A stretch of 64,000 bases of DNA from Lingula anatina (taxonomy: Eukaryota > Animalia > Brachiopoda). Made by a program: the position numbers and the translations under genes. Location of the stretch: positions 1,488,001 to 1,552,000 of the forward strand of contig CM120647.1 in the NCBI GenBank assembly GCA_051362555.1, given 5' to 3'. Positions 33,271 through 45,435 of this stretch are shown in pieces; the first letter of the stretch is position 1; each line of letters starts with the position of its first letter. Below the pieces are notes generated by a model. It did not search any database. It had not been told where the DNA came from and saw only the letters and a list, made by a program, of their open reading frames with translations.

Positions 33271-34381
33271 TGTGACGGGGTATAAAGTCATACCAGTCCC
33301 GTTTATTGCTGTACGTATAAGACTATTACCATCTCCTATTTTCGTTGGTTATTTTTCCTATTTTCCCCTTTTATTCATTCTTTCTCGCGTGTCTTTGACA
33401 TTTGCAGGCACTGACCCTTTGATTTGATTGTCTCTTTCTCTCACTGTCAGGGACCACAGTATAAAAAAGTGTAATTAGTATTTTTAAAATTTTAATACAT
33501 GATGTAGTTGTGTAATTCTATCAGTGGAAATCCTTTGGCTGTTAAATCCACACATGGGAAGCCCGGATGTACAAGTGGCTTTAGATAATATTTCACACCT
33601 ACAATGTATCAGTTCAAATTTTAATCATCTTTGTTTCAAGCTAGTGATCTGTTAGAGCTTGATTACATTGAGTTATTAAGGGAGCCCACCATGAGGGGGT
33701 GGACTTGTGTCTGAAGTAACCAATCAGTTTATAAGTTAAGTGATTGACAATTTAGTTGATAAAGTTTAGCATAAAAATCTGTGAACTTAAATCTAGATGA
33801 GATACAGGATACAGCAGATGCAGAGAGAGAGGGAGAGACTGAAGAGAGATTGGTTCGAGGCTGAGAAGGGATCTTTATTGTACCATGTAACTTTTAGTGT
33901 AGTGAAATATATTCTGTTGAGGTAAGAACATGGAGTCGTTTCATTCTTTTGCGTGTGCAGAGTTTAATACATAGAACCTGGGAATCTCCGTAGCAGTATT
34001 ACAGATCGCGTTATCCAAAGATGTGAGCCCATTGTTTCCTGGGGTTTTATTATAAAAAGCATAGTTCATGTTATGTGGGATCGGGTTATAATAAAGAGGT
34101 CCCCCACAAGTAAAAGGAAGTTCCGTCGCAAGTAAAAGGGAGGTCCTCAGCATCACTCGATCAGAGATAAGTGAGTCGTTTGTCGCACCCGTTTCTCAGT
34201 CTTTCCCTTGTGCTTGACCAAATCGGCCATAGGGACATCTTTATTAAGTTGTTATTTCTTCTTGCAGAATAAACCACGTAATTGTACAACTTTGTGTGCG
34301 TTTATGAACTGTTTGAATCTGTGACATTTGAGTCTTATACGTACGGCAATAAACAGGATCGGGCTTTTATACCCCGTCACA
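33271..34381. mobile_element. Non-autonomous element with TGT...ACA TIRs (Ginger-like)
   Basis: TGTGACGGGGTATAAAG...TTTATTGCTGTACGTATAAGACT and its inverted copy at 34331-34381. No clear TSD. Diverged left-TIR copies at ~29439 and ~31427. Confidence 0.65.
33445..34003 (+). mobile_element. Possible solo LTR
   Basis: TGT...ACA ends, purine tract and U5-like end, but no matching TSD or PBS. Confidence 0.3.
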
Positions 34382-34519
34382 AATGTATGGCGTCATATTC
34401 GAGACCATGTATTTTGATTTGGATTAATCGCTATGAACTTACTCTCCCTTTTCTTTGTTTTAATAGCGTTTACTTCAAGGGGTTGAACTCCAAAGACAGA
34501 AATTCGTAGAGTTCAGAGA

Positions 34520-35020
34520 TAACTCCTTTGAGTTGCAAGGCAACGTCGCCGTCGCCGTGCACTTTCACCGATAACACGATAAGTAGAAAACAATTTTACC
34601 CGTTGGCTTGTTATTTACAGAACTGATAAATATTTATACTAGGCAGGTGGAGTTCGAAAATCAGCATGATCAGGCCTTTTTTAAAGTTATGCGGTTTTTT
34701 GCTTTTTTTCAGCATATATACTGTATACACATTACAAGGAAAACTGATGGACCTATTGTCTTGAAACCTACAGGAGTGATCAATCTTACTAAAATACAGG
34801 TCGAATTAAAAAATCAGCTTGATGAGACCATTTTAAGGAAGTTATGTTTTTATTTCGCTTTTTTCATCCCATTTGCAAAACTGACAACAGATTTAAAGGA
34901 AAAACGATCAGCCCGTTGTCTTGCAACTCACAGGAGTGATCAGTCTGACTAATATAAAGATCAAATTTGAAAATAAGCTTGATCGGTTAAATTTTGATGA
35001 AGTTACGTCTTTTTTGTGTA
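34520..35020. mobile_element. HINE-like element with ~160-bp internal tandem repeats
   Basis: CTCCTTTGAGTTGCAAGGCAACG is inverted at ~34914-34937; three degenerate ~160-bp units. Confidence 0.5.
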
Positions 35021-35897
35021 TAAGTGATTTTCTTCAGATTCAATTCTTAGGCATGTTAACAGTCTCATTATTGAACTAATTAGATGCGTAAAAGTGTTCT
35101 TTTGACATTTTCTGCATCTTAACAATATTGTTAGTTGATTATATAAAAACGATGGTAAACTTGTTTTCGTGTTATGTATACTAAAGTGTCGAAAATGGAA
35201 ATGAACTCATATCTTGACAGTAAATTGATTATTTTGTTTTATGTAAAATAGGTGTTGAAAATGGAAATAAACTCTCTTCAGTACAGTTACAGTACAGTAC
35301 AGTCTCTCGCTTACATTTTGGCATTTTCAAGGTGTGCCTCTGAACATCTAGGGGCTTGAAACCTTTGGCTAGTCACATTTTCTGAATATCCATAATACTT
35401 TCATTTAATTATTAAAATTGATGGTCTTTATGCAGTTCAGCATTATTTAATAGTGCACCATAATTGAAGAAAATCCTGTTTCCTTACTCTGTGAACAAAT
35501 CTATCACACACGAGTAGTTAATGATAAAGTCATTTTATAAATGACCAGCAAGTAGAATGCTTTAACAACAGGTAAAAGAGGACAGGTGTTTAAAACTAAA
35601 TGCACTTTTTTTTTACAATCCGTGGATTATTTTTCTGATAGAAGTCCAGTGTTTTGGGATAAGTTTAGCCGTGGTCATTGGCTAATCCCCACTGACGCTA
35701 TCGGTCTACGTAAATGGATCCAACTCCGCGGAGACTCTCGCTGAAAGCAATCAGATTTGCAGACTACGGCTCCCCCTGGCGTTGAGCATAATACAGAAAA
35801 GCTGCTGATCATAGGAGCATGTTGGGTCGATATACATAGAGTGATTGTTTCCATGGAAATGAGCCCTTACACGTTCACCTGTCAAGCCCTGACCCCC

Positions 35898-36280
35898 CAG
35901 TGGCGGATTTAGAAGGGGGGGGGGAGGGAGTCCTAAACCCCCACTTCGATTACTGAAAAAAATCACACCAATGGTCCCCTCTTCAAATTATAATTTTGAT
36001 TACCTGATTCATAGTTCTAAACCGTACCAAATGGCACAATTCACCCCCATAATTCCATTTTTTTTCCCCGAGGTCATTAGTTGGACCCCGCTTCAAATAA
36101 TCCTGGATTTACCCCTGCCCCCCCCCCCCCCCCCCTTCGGTTTCTGAAAAAAAAATTGACTAGCTGATTGGTGGTACTAAAGCGTACTAAATGCCACCGT
36201 TCGCCCTCTAAAATACCAAAATTTTCAGGGGGAGGGGGTGGCTTCACCCCCCCCCCCTTATAATCCTGGATCCGCCCCTG
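35898..36280. mobile_element. CAG-terminal G/C-tract MITE (hAT-like)
   Basis: CAGTGGCGGATT...GGATCCGCCCCTG termini. The left part matches fragments at ~3680-3810 and ~17773-17910. Confidence 0.65.
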
Positions 36281-37698
36281 CACAGGTTGCACAAGTACAT
36301 GTAGTCTGATCTTTGGCAGACGTAAGTAGAGACTTTATTTTCAAGTATGTCAATGCTTTGCTGTGTAAAGAGTGAACACATTTTTTATAAAATTTAATTC
36401 TGTTCTTTCACTTTATACCAAAGACAAGAACAATATTACATTTGTAAAGACTTTAAGTATTGACGAGCTAGGTAAGACAGGAATCTCTGTAATACAATTA
36501 TATGCTTATAAAACATGATTGCTCACACACATACATTAACAAACACACATACATACACTAACAAACACACACACATACATTAACAAAGACACACACATAC
36601 ATTAACAAAGACACACACACTCGTACATATACACCACGAGCATGTTGCTAAAAAGGGTACCAACTGTTCATTTTGGCTAAAAAATTAATTTTCCTGGGGT
36701 TAACAAAATTTCCCCATACTTACCAATGGTTAATTAATCCATTTCTACATTCAAAGTTAGTCCTTGGCTTTTTTTTTTTTTTTTCTAAAATATTTTTTTT
36801 GTAATAACCTCTTAGGAAATAGCCATCTATGGAGGTCACATGGTCGATTGCAAGCACAGATTTAAGAAAAAGTGCTATAACTGTCAATAAGTCAATTAAT
36901 TCTTTGAATGCGTCTTCAACAAACTGTTATACTCTGTTGTGCATGAATTTGAACATACACAGAAATGGAATGTTAAGTTTTTTCTTGATTCCTTTTTTTT
37001 TTCTTAGCCGATATCAAAGACACAAAAAAATGAGTCAGATGCTAAGGGCATTGAGGAGAGAGGTAAGACCGTAAGGCCAATTAAACAAGTATTTATTTAA
37101 CACGCTTAGAAATGCACACACACACACACACACACGTGCGCGCTCTCAGGCACAAAAACTGTGTTAATTCACTGTTCAGTGGTCTGAATTTTTGAATACG
37201 TCTTTGACAATGTACATGTAATAATGAATTCTTGATGATTTACATTTTTACATTTGTATCAGAACTATTATTTTCAACCAATCAGTTGACCAAACGTGAG
37301 AAATGGCACACAGCCTAGCTCAAATTTTGATTCAAATTGACCTTTTCCAGCAAATGGACACTTCTTTTTATCCCCCAACCCCTGAATTTAAAAATGGTTT
37401 ATTTCACACATATTTTCTATGTCCCTGAATTTATTATCTGCTGATCTTCTGATTGCAGCAGAGGCGATCATATTATTCTCTGCAGATTGCGTCGACGGTC
37501 TCTTTACGCGTCGATACTATGAACAAAATAGTAGTGTATGGGAGATATCATATAAATATTAGTAATAACTAGAGGATCAGAGAGGCAATACTGCCTCTGG
37601 GTATTGTACCACCTGATGGAGTAAGCGCACTTGTATGGAAAACAAAAAAGGGGGGGAGGGGGCACCACCTTCAGTTTTGTGCATGAAAAACTATACAA

Positions 37699-37731
<33 letters not shown>

Positions 37732-37788
37732 TTATTGAGCACTGGAATGTTTTTTTTACATTTAGAGACTCTCTAGCTACTATATATA

Positions 37789-39448
37789 CAGGGTTGCTAC
37801 TAAATATGGAATATTTTTTATCATTGTTATTTTTGAGTGCTGATTAAAGATTTTTTGGCTTGAGTCATTAAAAAAGTATGTCACTGAGTGATAATAACAT
37901 CCAGTCTTCTGTTGTGAGATATTTTGGTCAATAATATCAAATCTGACATAAGATGCCATTCAAAAGAAAGGAACACCCCCAGAAAACCATATCAACAGTT
38001 TGATGTCAGTATAAACTTTAAGATAAAATATTAAAGAAAATGATAGCCTCCGGACAGTGATATGTTACACAGTCAAAGAACTCACTACAGTAAATCATGA
38101 AAAGTCAGTAATTGCGGGTATGACCTCCAGCAGCCGCTTGCAGCGCCCTCATCCTACATGGCATACCCTGTGACACGTTTTTTAGAGTTTGGGTGGGGAT
38201 ATCATTCTACGCAGTGATATTTGCCTATCGCAGTTCATCACTATTTACCGGCCGAGGACCATAGCTATTAATTCTGTGAGTTACTTCCGCCCACAGATTT
38301 TCAATTGGGTTCATATCTGGAGAGTTTGCAGGCCAGGGCAGTTGCTGAACCCATTGGTTTTGAAGAAAAACAGTTATTCTGCGGCCTCGATGTGGGGTTG
38401 CGCAGTGGTCTTGGTACACAAAGTTGTTCCTGAAGATGACTCTTACCAATCGAAGCATTGTTTGCTGTAGAATGTCTCTGTAGGAATCCTGGATGAGGTT
38501 GCCTCCTAGAAAAACCAACTGGTTCTGGGCACCGACATGAAATGCTCCCCAAACAGAGACGTTACCATCCCCTGCTTGCACCCTAGGCAGTACACAATCA
38601 TTGTTTTATGCCCCTCGTACACGTCGGTGGACACGGATTCGACGATCAACCCTGAAAAATCCATTTCTGGCCTCATCACTGAAAACGATGTGATTCCAGT
38701 GTTTTGGCTGCAAACGCACGTGGTCCCCAGCCCATTGCAGACGTCGCTGTATATGACCTGCTGTTAACAGTAGTTTCCCTACTGGCCTTCGCGCAAAATA
38801 ACCGGCTCGCAGAAATATCTTGTTCACGTGGGACCTTGAAACGGGAGTTTGAATGACATTCTGCCTCTCTTTTCTGAGGACACTGGTTGTCTTTGTACGA
38901 CCAGCACGGCGTCCTCTAAGGAGAAGGCGATCCTGTCTTCTTGTTGTGATACGCGGACACCCTGGTCGAGGTATTGGAGTAGGTGCCCCTGTTGCAACAT
39001 TAATTTGGAGGACTTCACAAACGGTTCCTTATAAATGTTGAATTACCTGGCAATGGCTGTCCGTTTCTGGCCATTTTCTCTGAGAGCAAGAATCCCATAG
39101 TAAGCTGCGTTGCTTAGCTGTCGAACCATATCTTCACTAAGGTACCTGCCAAGTTTCAGAGCGATCCCTTTGTTGCTTCTCTAAACACACTCCAAAGATT
39201 GACCAAACCCATGCGTTTTTATACAAGGGCAGAAATTGCCGAAAAGACCACCCCTCACATTTCTGACCACAGAACATGCAACTGCATGCATCAATTGTTT
39301 CGAGAATTGTGTGTTAATTAGGTAATACACCTGGCTACACATGGAGTGACACCTCAGCTTTGGATTTAAAGGAGTTAGAGAGAAATTAAATATTTTGTAG
39401 AAATTTTACTCGCCAAAAAATAATATTCCATATTAAGTGGTAACCCTG
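37789..39448 (-). mobile_element. Full-length Tc1-family DNA transposon (1660 bp), inactive
   Basis: 27-bp TIRs CAGGGTTGCTACTAAATATGGAATATT / CAGGGTTACCACTTAATATGGAATATT, flanked by TA. Confidence 0.92.
38105..39129 (-). pseudogene. Tc1 DD34E transposase with in-frame stops
   Basis: RPGCPRITT, WNHIVFSDE, VWGAF, YQDHCATPH and WPANSPDMNPIENLW motifs; several stop codons. Confidence 0.92.
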
Positions 39449-39666
39449 TATATATATATGGAAAGATAATAATGATAGTAAGTAAATGAAAGAGAAAAAA
39501 ATCATACTTATATAATGCTACACAATATACATGTACATTCTCTTAATATACAGGTGAGATGCATGAAATCATTTGTGCACCTCTAGTTAATTATGTTTTT
39601 TTCATAATTTTACTTACAAAATTCCCTACTGCAATTGCACTCTGTTCAACTCGTATAAATGTAGTA

Positions 39667-40380
39667 AACAAGAGTTCCCAATATTTTTGTTGAAATTACA
39701 ATATAAAACAAAATCATGGGGAAAAGTAAAAGTTTAAATCCATAATTGTGAAGTGCCGTTTATGGCAAAAAGTAGGTCAAAGGTCAATTTCAAAGTCACA
39801 TTTAGATTGCCAGCATATATCTTTCTATTCAAGTTCAATAGTAACTATGGGCATATCTCTGCCAGTTTTCGAGATATAAGGCATGGAAAAGTTGCAAAGT
39901 TCAGTGCATGGTGAAAAGTAGGTCAAAGATCAATTTCAAGGTCAAAGTTAGATTGCCAGTATAAGATTTATTGCAAATCTTATTTTAACCACGGGATATT
40001 TCCATGTTATACTATTTGATATAGCACAACTCTTAAGTTGTATGGAAAAAATGGGCACCACTTCCAGTGTTGCGCTTGACAAGCTCTATAAAATACAAGA
40101 GGTCTCTTTGACAAAAATACGCTCAGGCAGTTATGGGGCGAATGTCATCAGAATTATGCACTAAAGAAAAAAAAAGAATTACCAAAAAATGTAAGATTTT
40201 CAAAAGCAACCCCCATTTTAACCAGACAAAGCCACTCAGTAAATTTAAGGTAAAACTAAAATACCATTTGGCTGTTATGAGATGAATGTCAAGTGTCGAT
40301 CAGCGACGGCAACAGTGACGACAGGGACAGACAAACTAATCAGAATATATTCAGACGCTTACACAGTCTGTATATAAAAA
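39667..40380 (+). mobile_element. Helentron-associated (HINE-like) element
   Basis: Starts AACAAGAG, has internal AGGTCAAAGGTCA repeats and a GACA-type microsatellite, and ends with the hairpin TATATTCAGAC...GTCTGTATATA before an A run. Confidence 0.55.
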
Positions 40381-40409
40381 TCCGACCTTAATTCTGACCC
40401 TATGCGGAA

Positions 40410-41030
40410 AGATAGACCTATATCAAACCTTTTTTTTTCATTCTTTCTTTCATTTCTTTCAAAGGTGATTGAAATAGTAGTTGTGTGAGATTGTTTGACT
40501 ACTTAAACGCCAACAACCTTGGCGAGGAAATGAAATCTGCTTATAAGGCAAAACACAGCACAGAGTCCACTCTCCTAAGGATTAAAATGATTTACTCATG
40601 GGTGTTGACAGCAGCTCTTAGGCTGTATTCCCAGAGCTTTTAGATCGGTCTATCCCCGCGGGGAGTCTCACTAGATTACTGTCAGATAATCCGGCTTAAA
40701 TGTCCGTCCCGCCTACTACAAGCTGTAAGGGGGTAATTAACTTTCGTGTCCGCTCGGCTGACAGCTATTTAGCGTGAACCCCCAGGGAGTTAGGTCGATC
40801 TAAAGTAGATCGATCTAATCTCTGGAAATGGGGTCTTAAACTGCTATGCTACTTGTGTTACTAGACCTTTCAGTCACCATCGATACTGTTGATCACAGAA
40901 CATTATTAACTTTTCTTGAGGATAGTGTAGGTGTCAAAAATAAAGCCATTGCATTTCTTAGTTCATACCTCACTGGGAGGTCACAACAAATTTCATTAAA
41001 TGACATACTTTCTGATCTTTCACAACTTTA
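40410..41030 (+). mobile_element. L2/CR1-group LINE reverse-transcriptase fragment
   Basis: RPISNL...SAYKAKHSTESTLLRI...LLVLLDLSVTIDTVDH...SYLTGRSQ; interrupted by a MITE. Confidence 0.85.
40621..40835 (-). mobile_element. PIF/Harbinger-type MITE inserted in the LINE RT
   Basis: Reverse complement of the 2000-2210 family, with a TTA duplication. Confidence 0.8.
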
Positions 41031-41667
41031 TTAATCTTGCAACCACATAACAAGCAATTTGTACAACATCTACAACTTGAATTACCAGTAGGCACCAGTG
41101 TTGTGAACACATTACAACACATGAAAAACCTGGATGTCTAATTTAATTCCACTCTCTCCATGGATAGACAAATATCAAATATCACTCAATCATGTATTTT
41201 TAACAGTAGAAACATCGGTGCTAATAGAAACTAACTGGTTCAATCTTCAAACGTCAACAGTAAATTCATGGGGTGATCACCTCATGCTTAGTGTACTGCA
41301 ACTTTTTCCTCTGTGGTTGTAACAAAGAATGCATAAAAAAACCGCAGCAATCTCAGGATATTTCAGCGTCTTTTACACTGTCTCCACACAAAATGTCAGT
41401 AACCATGTCAGTGCTCCAAGAAATCATAATACAATGGAATTCTTGACTTTTTAAAGCTATTTGTGAAGATTTTCAGTCATGCATATAGGCCCAAATTGGT
41501 CATGGCTGATAAAATGATATCGCTCTCCATTATTATGATAGTAATTACTTTTTTTTTCATATTACCAGCAAAGTTAAATGATAAAAAGGCCTAGTTCACA
41601 GCTCGTGATCTTGGTTTCAAATTATCACTCAACAGTCATCGGCTCTTCTCTAATTTTTTTCATGCAG

Positions 41668-41856
41668 TAATATGATCAGATCAGTTCATTCCAATAAGAA
41701 TTGTGGTAAGAACTGACCTGGTCATATTATATAAACAATTAATATGATCAGATCAGTTCATTCTAATAAGTATTGTGGTAAGAACTGATCTGATTATATT
41801 ATATAAACAATTAATATGATCAGATCAGTTCATTCTAATAAGAATTGTGGTAAGAA
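41668..41856 (+). repeat. 72-bp tandem repeat (~2.6 copies, internally palindromic) ending at a piggyBac-like AGGG|TTAA terminus
   Basis: Units start at 41668, 41740 and 41812. Confidence 0.85.
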
Positions 41857-41916
41857 GGGTTAAAATGACAATGGCTAACTGTTATGAGCATGCAGGTGTA
41901 AAAGAAATCACTGAAT

Positions 41917-41919
<3 letters not shown>

Positions 41920-41973
<54 letters not shown>
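41920..41973. repeat. (TA)n microsatellite
   Basis: Direct reading. Confidence 0.95.
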
Positions 41974-41977
<4 letters not shown>

Positions 41978-43575
41978 CAGTGTGGTAAAATGGTTCAAAA
42001 TTTGTGAAGACCTAGGATTTCTTTCACACATACAAAATAAAACAAGCTAAACAGGTATTTGGAGACACACATCAATATTTATTCCATCGAGTTTAAGATG
42101 CATCTAAAAATGCATATTCATCATATATTCTAATATTATAAAACAGACAGAAGGCCGAGCACTGTTCTATACAGATAGGATCCTAACAGGAAAAAACATA
42201 CTGTGTATTCTTGATATTCAACACAAACCTTCAATTAATTGATGGTTTTTTATGATTTTGCATATTTTTAAAAAACACATGCACTGTTGGATTCTGATGA
42301 AAATCTATTAATTAGATTCTGTTAATTGTAACTGCTCTCTGACCAATTTTTACACATGTATTAACACAATGCATCCATTTGAAGGAAACAGAAAATCGAA
42401 AAATTAAGTGATATACAACATTATCCCCATCAATTTTTCAAATTATCTGCTTTAAGTAATATGGGTATGTACAAATTTTCCTAAGGAATTCAAGCTCACA
42501 CTGGAAATGCCAAAATTTTTAGTTGTAGTTTTTTTTTACCGCAAAATGTAATGTTTCTAGAAAACCCAAACAGACTTTTTTTCTGCAATTTAAGCTGGAT
42601 TTCCCTCCTGTGTATCTTTTCATTTAAATCATTAGTAACATAAATTTCCTATAACGGTCAATATGACAGCTCAATACCCAAAATAGGAGGGTTTCATGCA
42701 TTATTATGCAATATTACATTAAATCCTTAACAGTAGAACCACCAACAATTTTTTCTTATCTACTATATAGATAAATTATCTATCTTATGAATGTGTATAG
42801 CAAATAAATGTAACTTCTACAGGACGTCATGCCTATATAGAAAATGCAAAAAAAAAAAAAATGAATAAAGTAAAAGAAATTCCACCCAAAACTGCATAAC
42901 TTTCATACAAAAAAGAGAGAAAACTATCAATGCTGATGCAATAATACATTTTGCTTGACAGCAAAGTCAGCAACAAATATCACTTATGCACACGGTTTCA
43001 GGCCCATTATTTCAAATTCTCAGCTCAGTGTTAAAATCCCAGAATGATAAAAAATTTCACAAAAAAACTGCATAAATTCATGGAAAAGAATTATCCAACC
43101 AAGTTGGTGATTCAAATTTAGCTGGATGTCAATTCTAAGAACCAAAAGTTACAAAATAATAATTAACACAGTTTTATTCTCATAATGTTTTTACCCAAAG
43201 TAGGTTTTTGCCAATTTAAATGCAATATTACATATTGATTAACAGCATAAATTCACCCAAATTTTAAATATCTACTAGCATGGACATTCAGACAAAGAAA
43301 CAGTTACTACAATTTGGATTCGTGCCCATGGGAGTTGTAAGTTTCACTTATTTGAAAATGAAAATTTCACCAAGAACTGCACAGCTTTGAGAAAAAAATG
43401 ACATGGTTATCTTCAATTTTTATAAAATAGTATATGATATTTCACAGCATAGTTACCACCTATTCTCATTATGCATTTTACAAGTTCAACTGCTGTGATT
43501 TTGCCCTCTCTGCTATTGGACGTTTCCTTTAATTTGGAATGGTTTCTTCCCCTTGTTTGGCGCAGTAAGTGTGAT

Positions 43576-43672
43576 ATAATACACTGTTACCCGAGCGATA
43601 TATGCCATAACACCTCGAGCGTCAGCGAGAGGTGTTCATGGCATATATCGCGAGAGGGTGACAGTGTATTAT
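43576..43672. repeat. ~97-bp imperfect palindrome, probably a transposon-derived hairpin
   Basis: ATAATACACTGTTACCC...GATATATGCCAT...ATGGCATATATC...GGGTGACAGTGTATTAT. Confidence 0.8.
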
Positions 43673-43983
43673 TTGACATACATACCGAGAAAAAATACAA
43701 TCATTTGATCTTGAAACACCCCTAAAACCGAATAAAGTGACCCTATATCACGCTCTAGAGATGTTATACAGAATAAACTCGTCCACGTGCACTAGTCATC
43801 TCCCGCCAAATTCTTACGTAATGTCTGACCAATTTGGTCAATTTTTGCTAAATACTTTTCGTGGACGTTCAACTGGCCTGAAAAGTATTTATTCAACCGT
43901 CGACACTGACCATGCACGTCTCAGCTGAGCCACACCTAGCTGGGACTGCTGCGGAAAAAAGGTCCCGAGGCAAAACCTCTACT

Positions 43984-44400
43984 TTTTAGTGACATTTCTG
44001 ATAAAAAAGGAGCGTCGGACCGGAATATAGTCAAACTAATTCTTCACAAGTGCAAAGGAGAAAGAAATTTACTTTTTGGTGATATTTCTGACAACGAGGC
44101 AATTCGGAATATAGTCTAAATCGACGGATGTTTATTACAAGTTCACGGGAGTAATAATTCTAGTTTTTTTATTGTTATTTCTGACGACGAGGCGGTTACG
44201 GAATATAGCCAAAACCAAACGGATGTTTATTTCAAGTCCACAGGAGTAATAATTCTTCGTTTTGGTGACATTTTTTACTACGAGGCGGTTTCGGAATATA
44301 CATATGCTGGTTTTCAGAGTATTCATGTGCTACATGCTATTACAAGTTCAAAGGGGGAATACATTTGATTTTTACCGATATATCTGATAAAGAAGAAGAA
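43984..44400 (+). repeat. Degenerate ~90-95-bp tandem repeat, 4-5 copies
   Basis: Recurring TTTTGGTGACATTTCTGAC...CGGAATATAG...ACAAGT motifs. Confidence 0.75.
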
Positions 44401-45151
44401 TGAACAGCTTAAAAACAAAAGGTAAATAACACAATCCTCGTTAAAAAGTTATAAATTTACAAATAATTTGAATACACGTGTAGCTTAAATGTAAACTAAT
44501 TCCCGTTTTCAAACCATACCCATATGATATGTGTAATAAAATGATAAATAATAATTGTTAAACGTGAAAAGTTTATGCTAATTTTTTAAGAGTGTGAGAG
44601 ATTTTAAATTTGTCTACTGGTAGGTGTATAACGTAAGCAACGTGCATATTCTCTTGATGCCAAGAAGGTCACATGATCACTCTGTCTTTGGCTTTCAGCA
44701 TTTAAGAGACCTCGACTGATTTAACCAAGATGTAGTCGTGAAATTTTAGACTAAATCGAGGTTAAATCCGAGTTTTCCGAGAGACGCTACGCAGAAATGT
44801 CGAGTGAAGCGAGACATTTTTGTGTAGCGGCTCGAGGTTGCCCTTGATCTTCACTGAAGCTTGGTTAAGTGGCCAGGCTTCAGTGATCATCATATCGCCA
44901 CGGTCATATAACATCCCTAGGTATGTATAGACATGTAAATTGCCTGCAGAGGCCACCTCTTGTTTCAACTTTGTAGTAGAAAAAATCTTTCATGTGGCGC
45001 TGTCGTTGGTCTTCAGTCTTTCTTGACCAAACAACCCTGTCTACTTGGAATCTCTCAAAAGCGGCATTAAGGTGATATTCTCCACGTCCAATCATTGCTC
45101 TCTCTGTTTCCGTGTAAAAGCTACAGACCATCTCATGTAAACTTTTGTCTA

Positions 45152-45435
45152 CCCATACGAAAAAGTCCTATAGCAGGGGCGGATCCAGAGATATTTCCTG
45201 ACAGTCTTCCAAATTATCTTTGTTGATCCGTTCTTCATTTTTGACCGTCTTGCGACAGAAAAAATTAGATACCCGCCAATGTAAACTTGAAAATCTGACC
45301 GTCTTCCGGAAGACCCAGGAGACGCCCTAAATCCGCCCCTGTATAGGATCCTATAAGATCCTATAGGATTCTATAGGAAATTGGCCCAATTTCCTATAGG
45401 ATCTTATAGGATCCTATAGGACTTTTTCGTTAGGG
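45152..45435. mobile_element. CCC...GGG MITE (CMC/EnSpm-like) with ATCCTATAGG repeats
   Basis: TIRs CCCATACGAAAAAGTCCTATAG / CTATAGGACTTTTTCGTTAGGG, flanked by TA. Confidence 0.75.
45174..45341 (+). mobile_element. CAGGGGCGGAT-terminal MITE with a 5-bp TSD (hAT5-like), nested in the previous MITE
   Basis: TATAG on both flanks; TIRs CAGGGGCGGAT / ATCCGCCCCTG. Confidence 0.85.
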
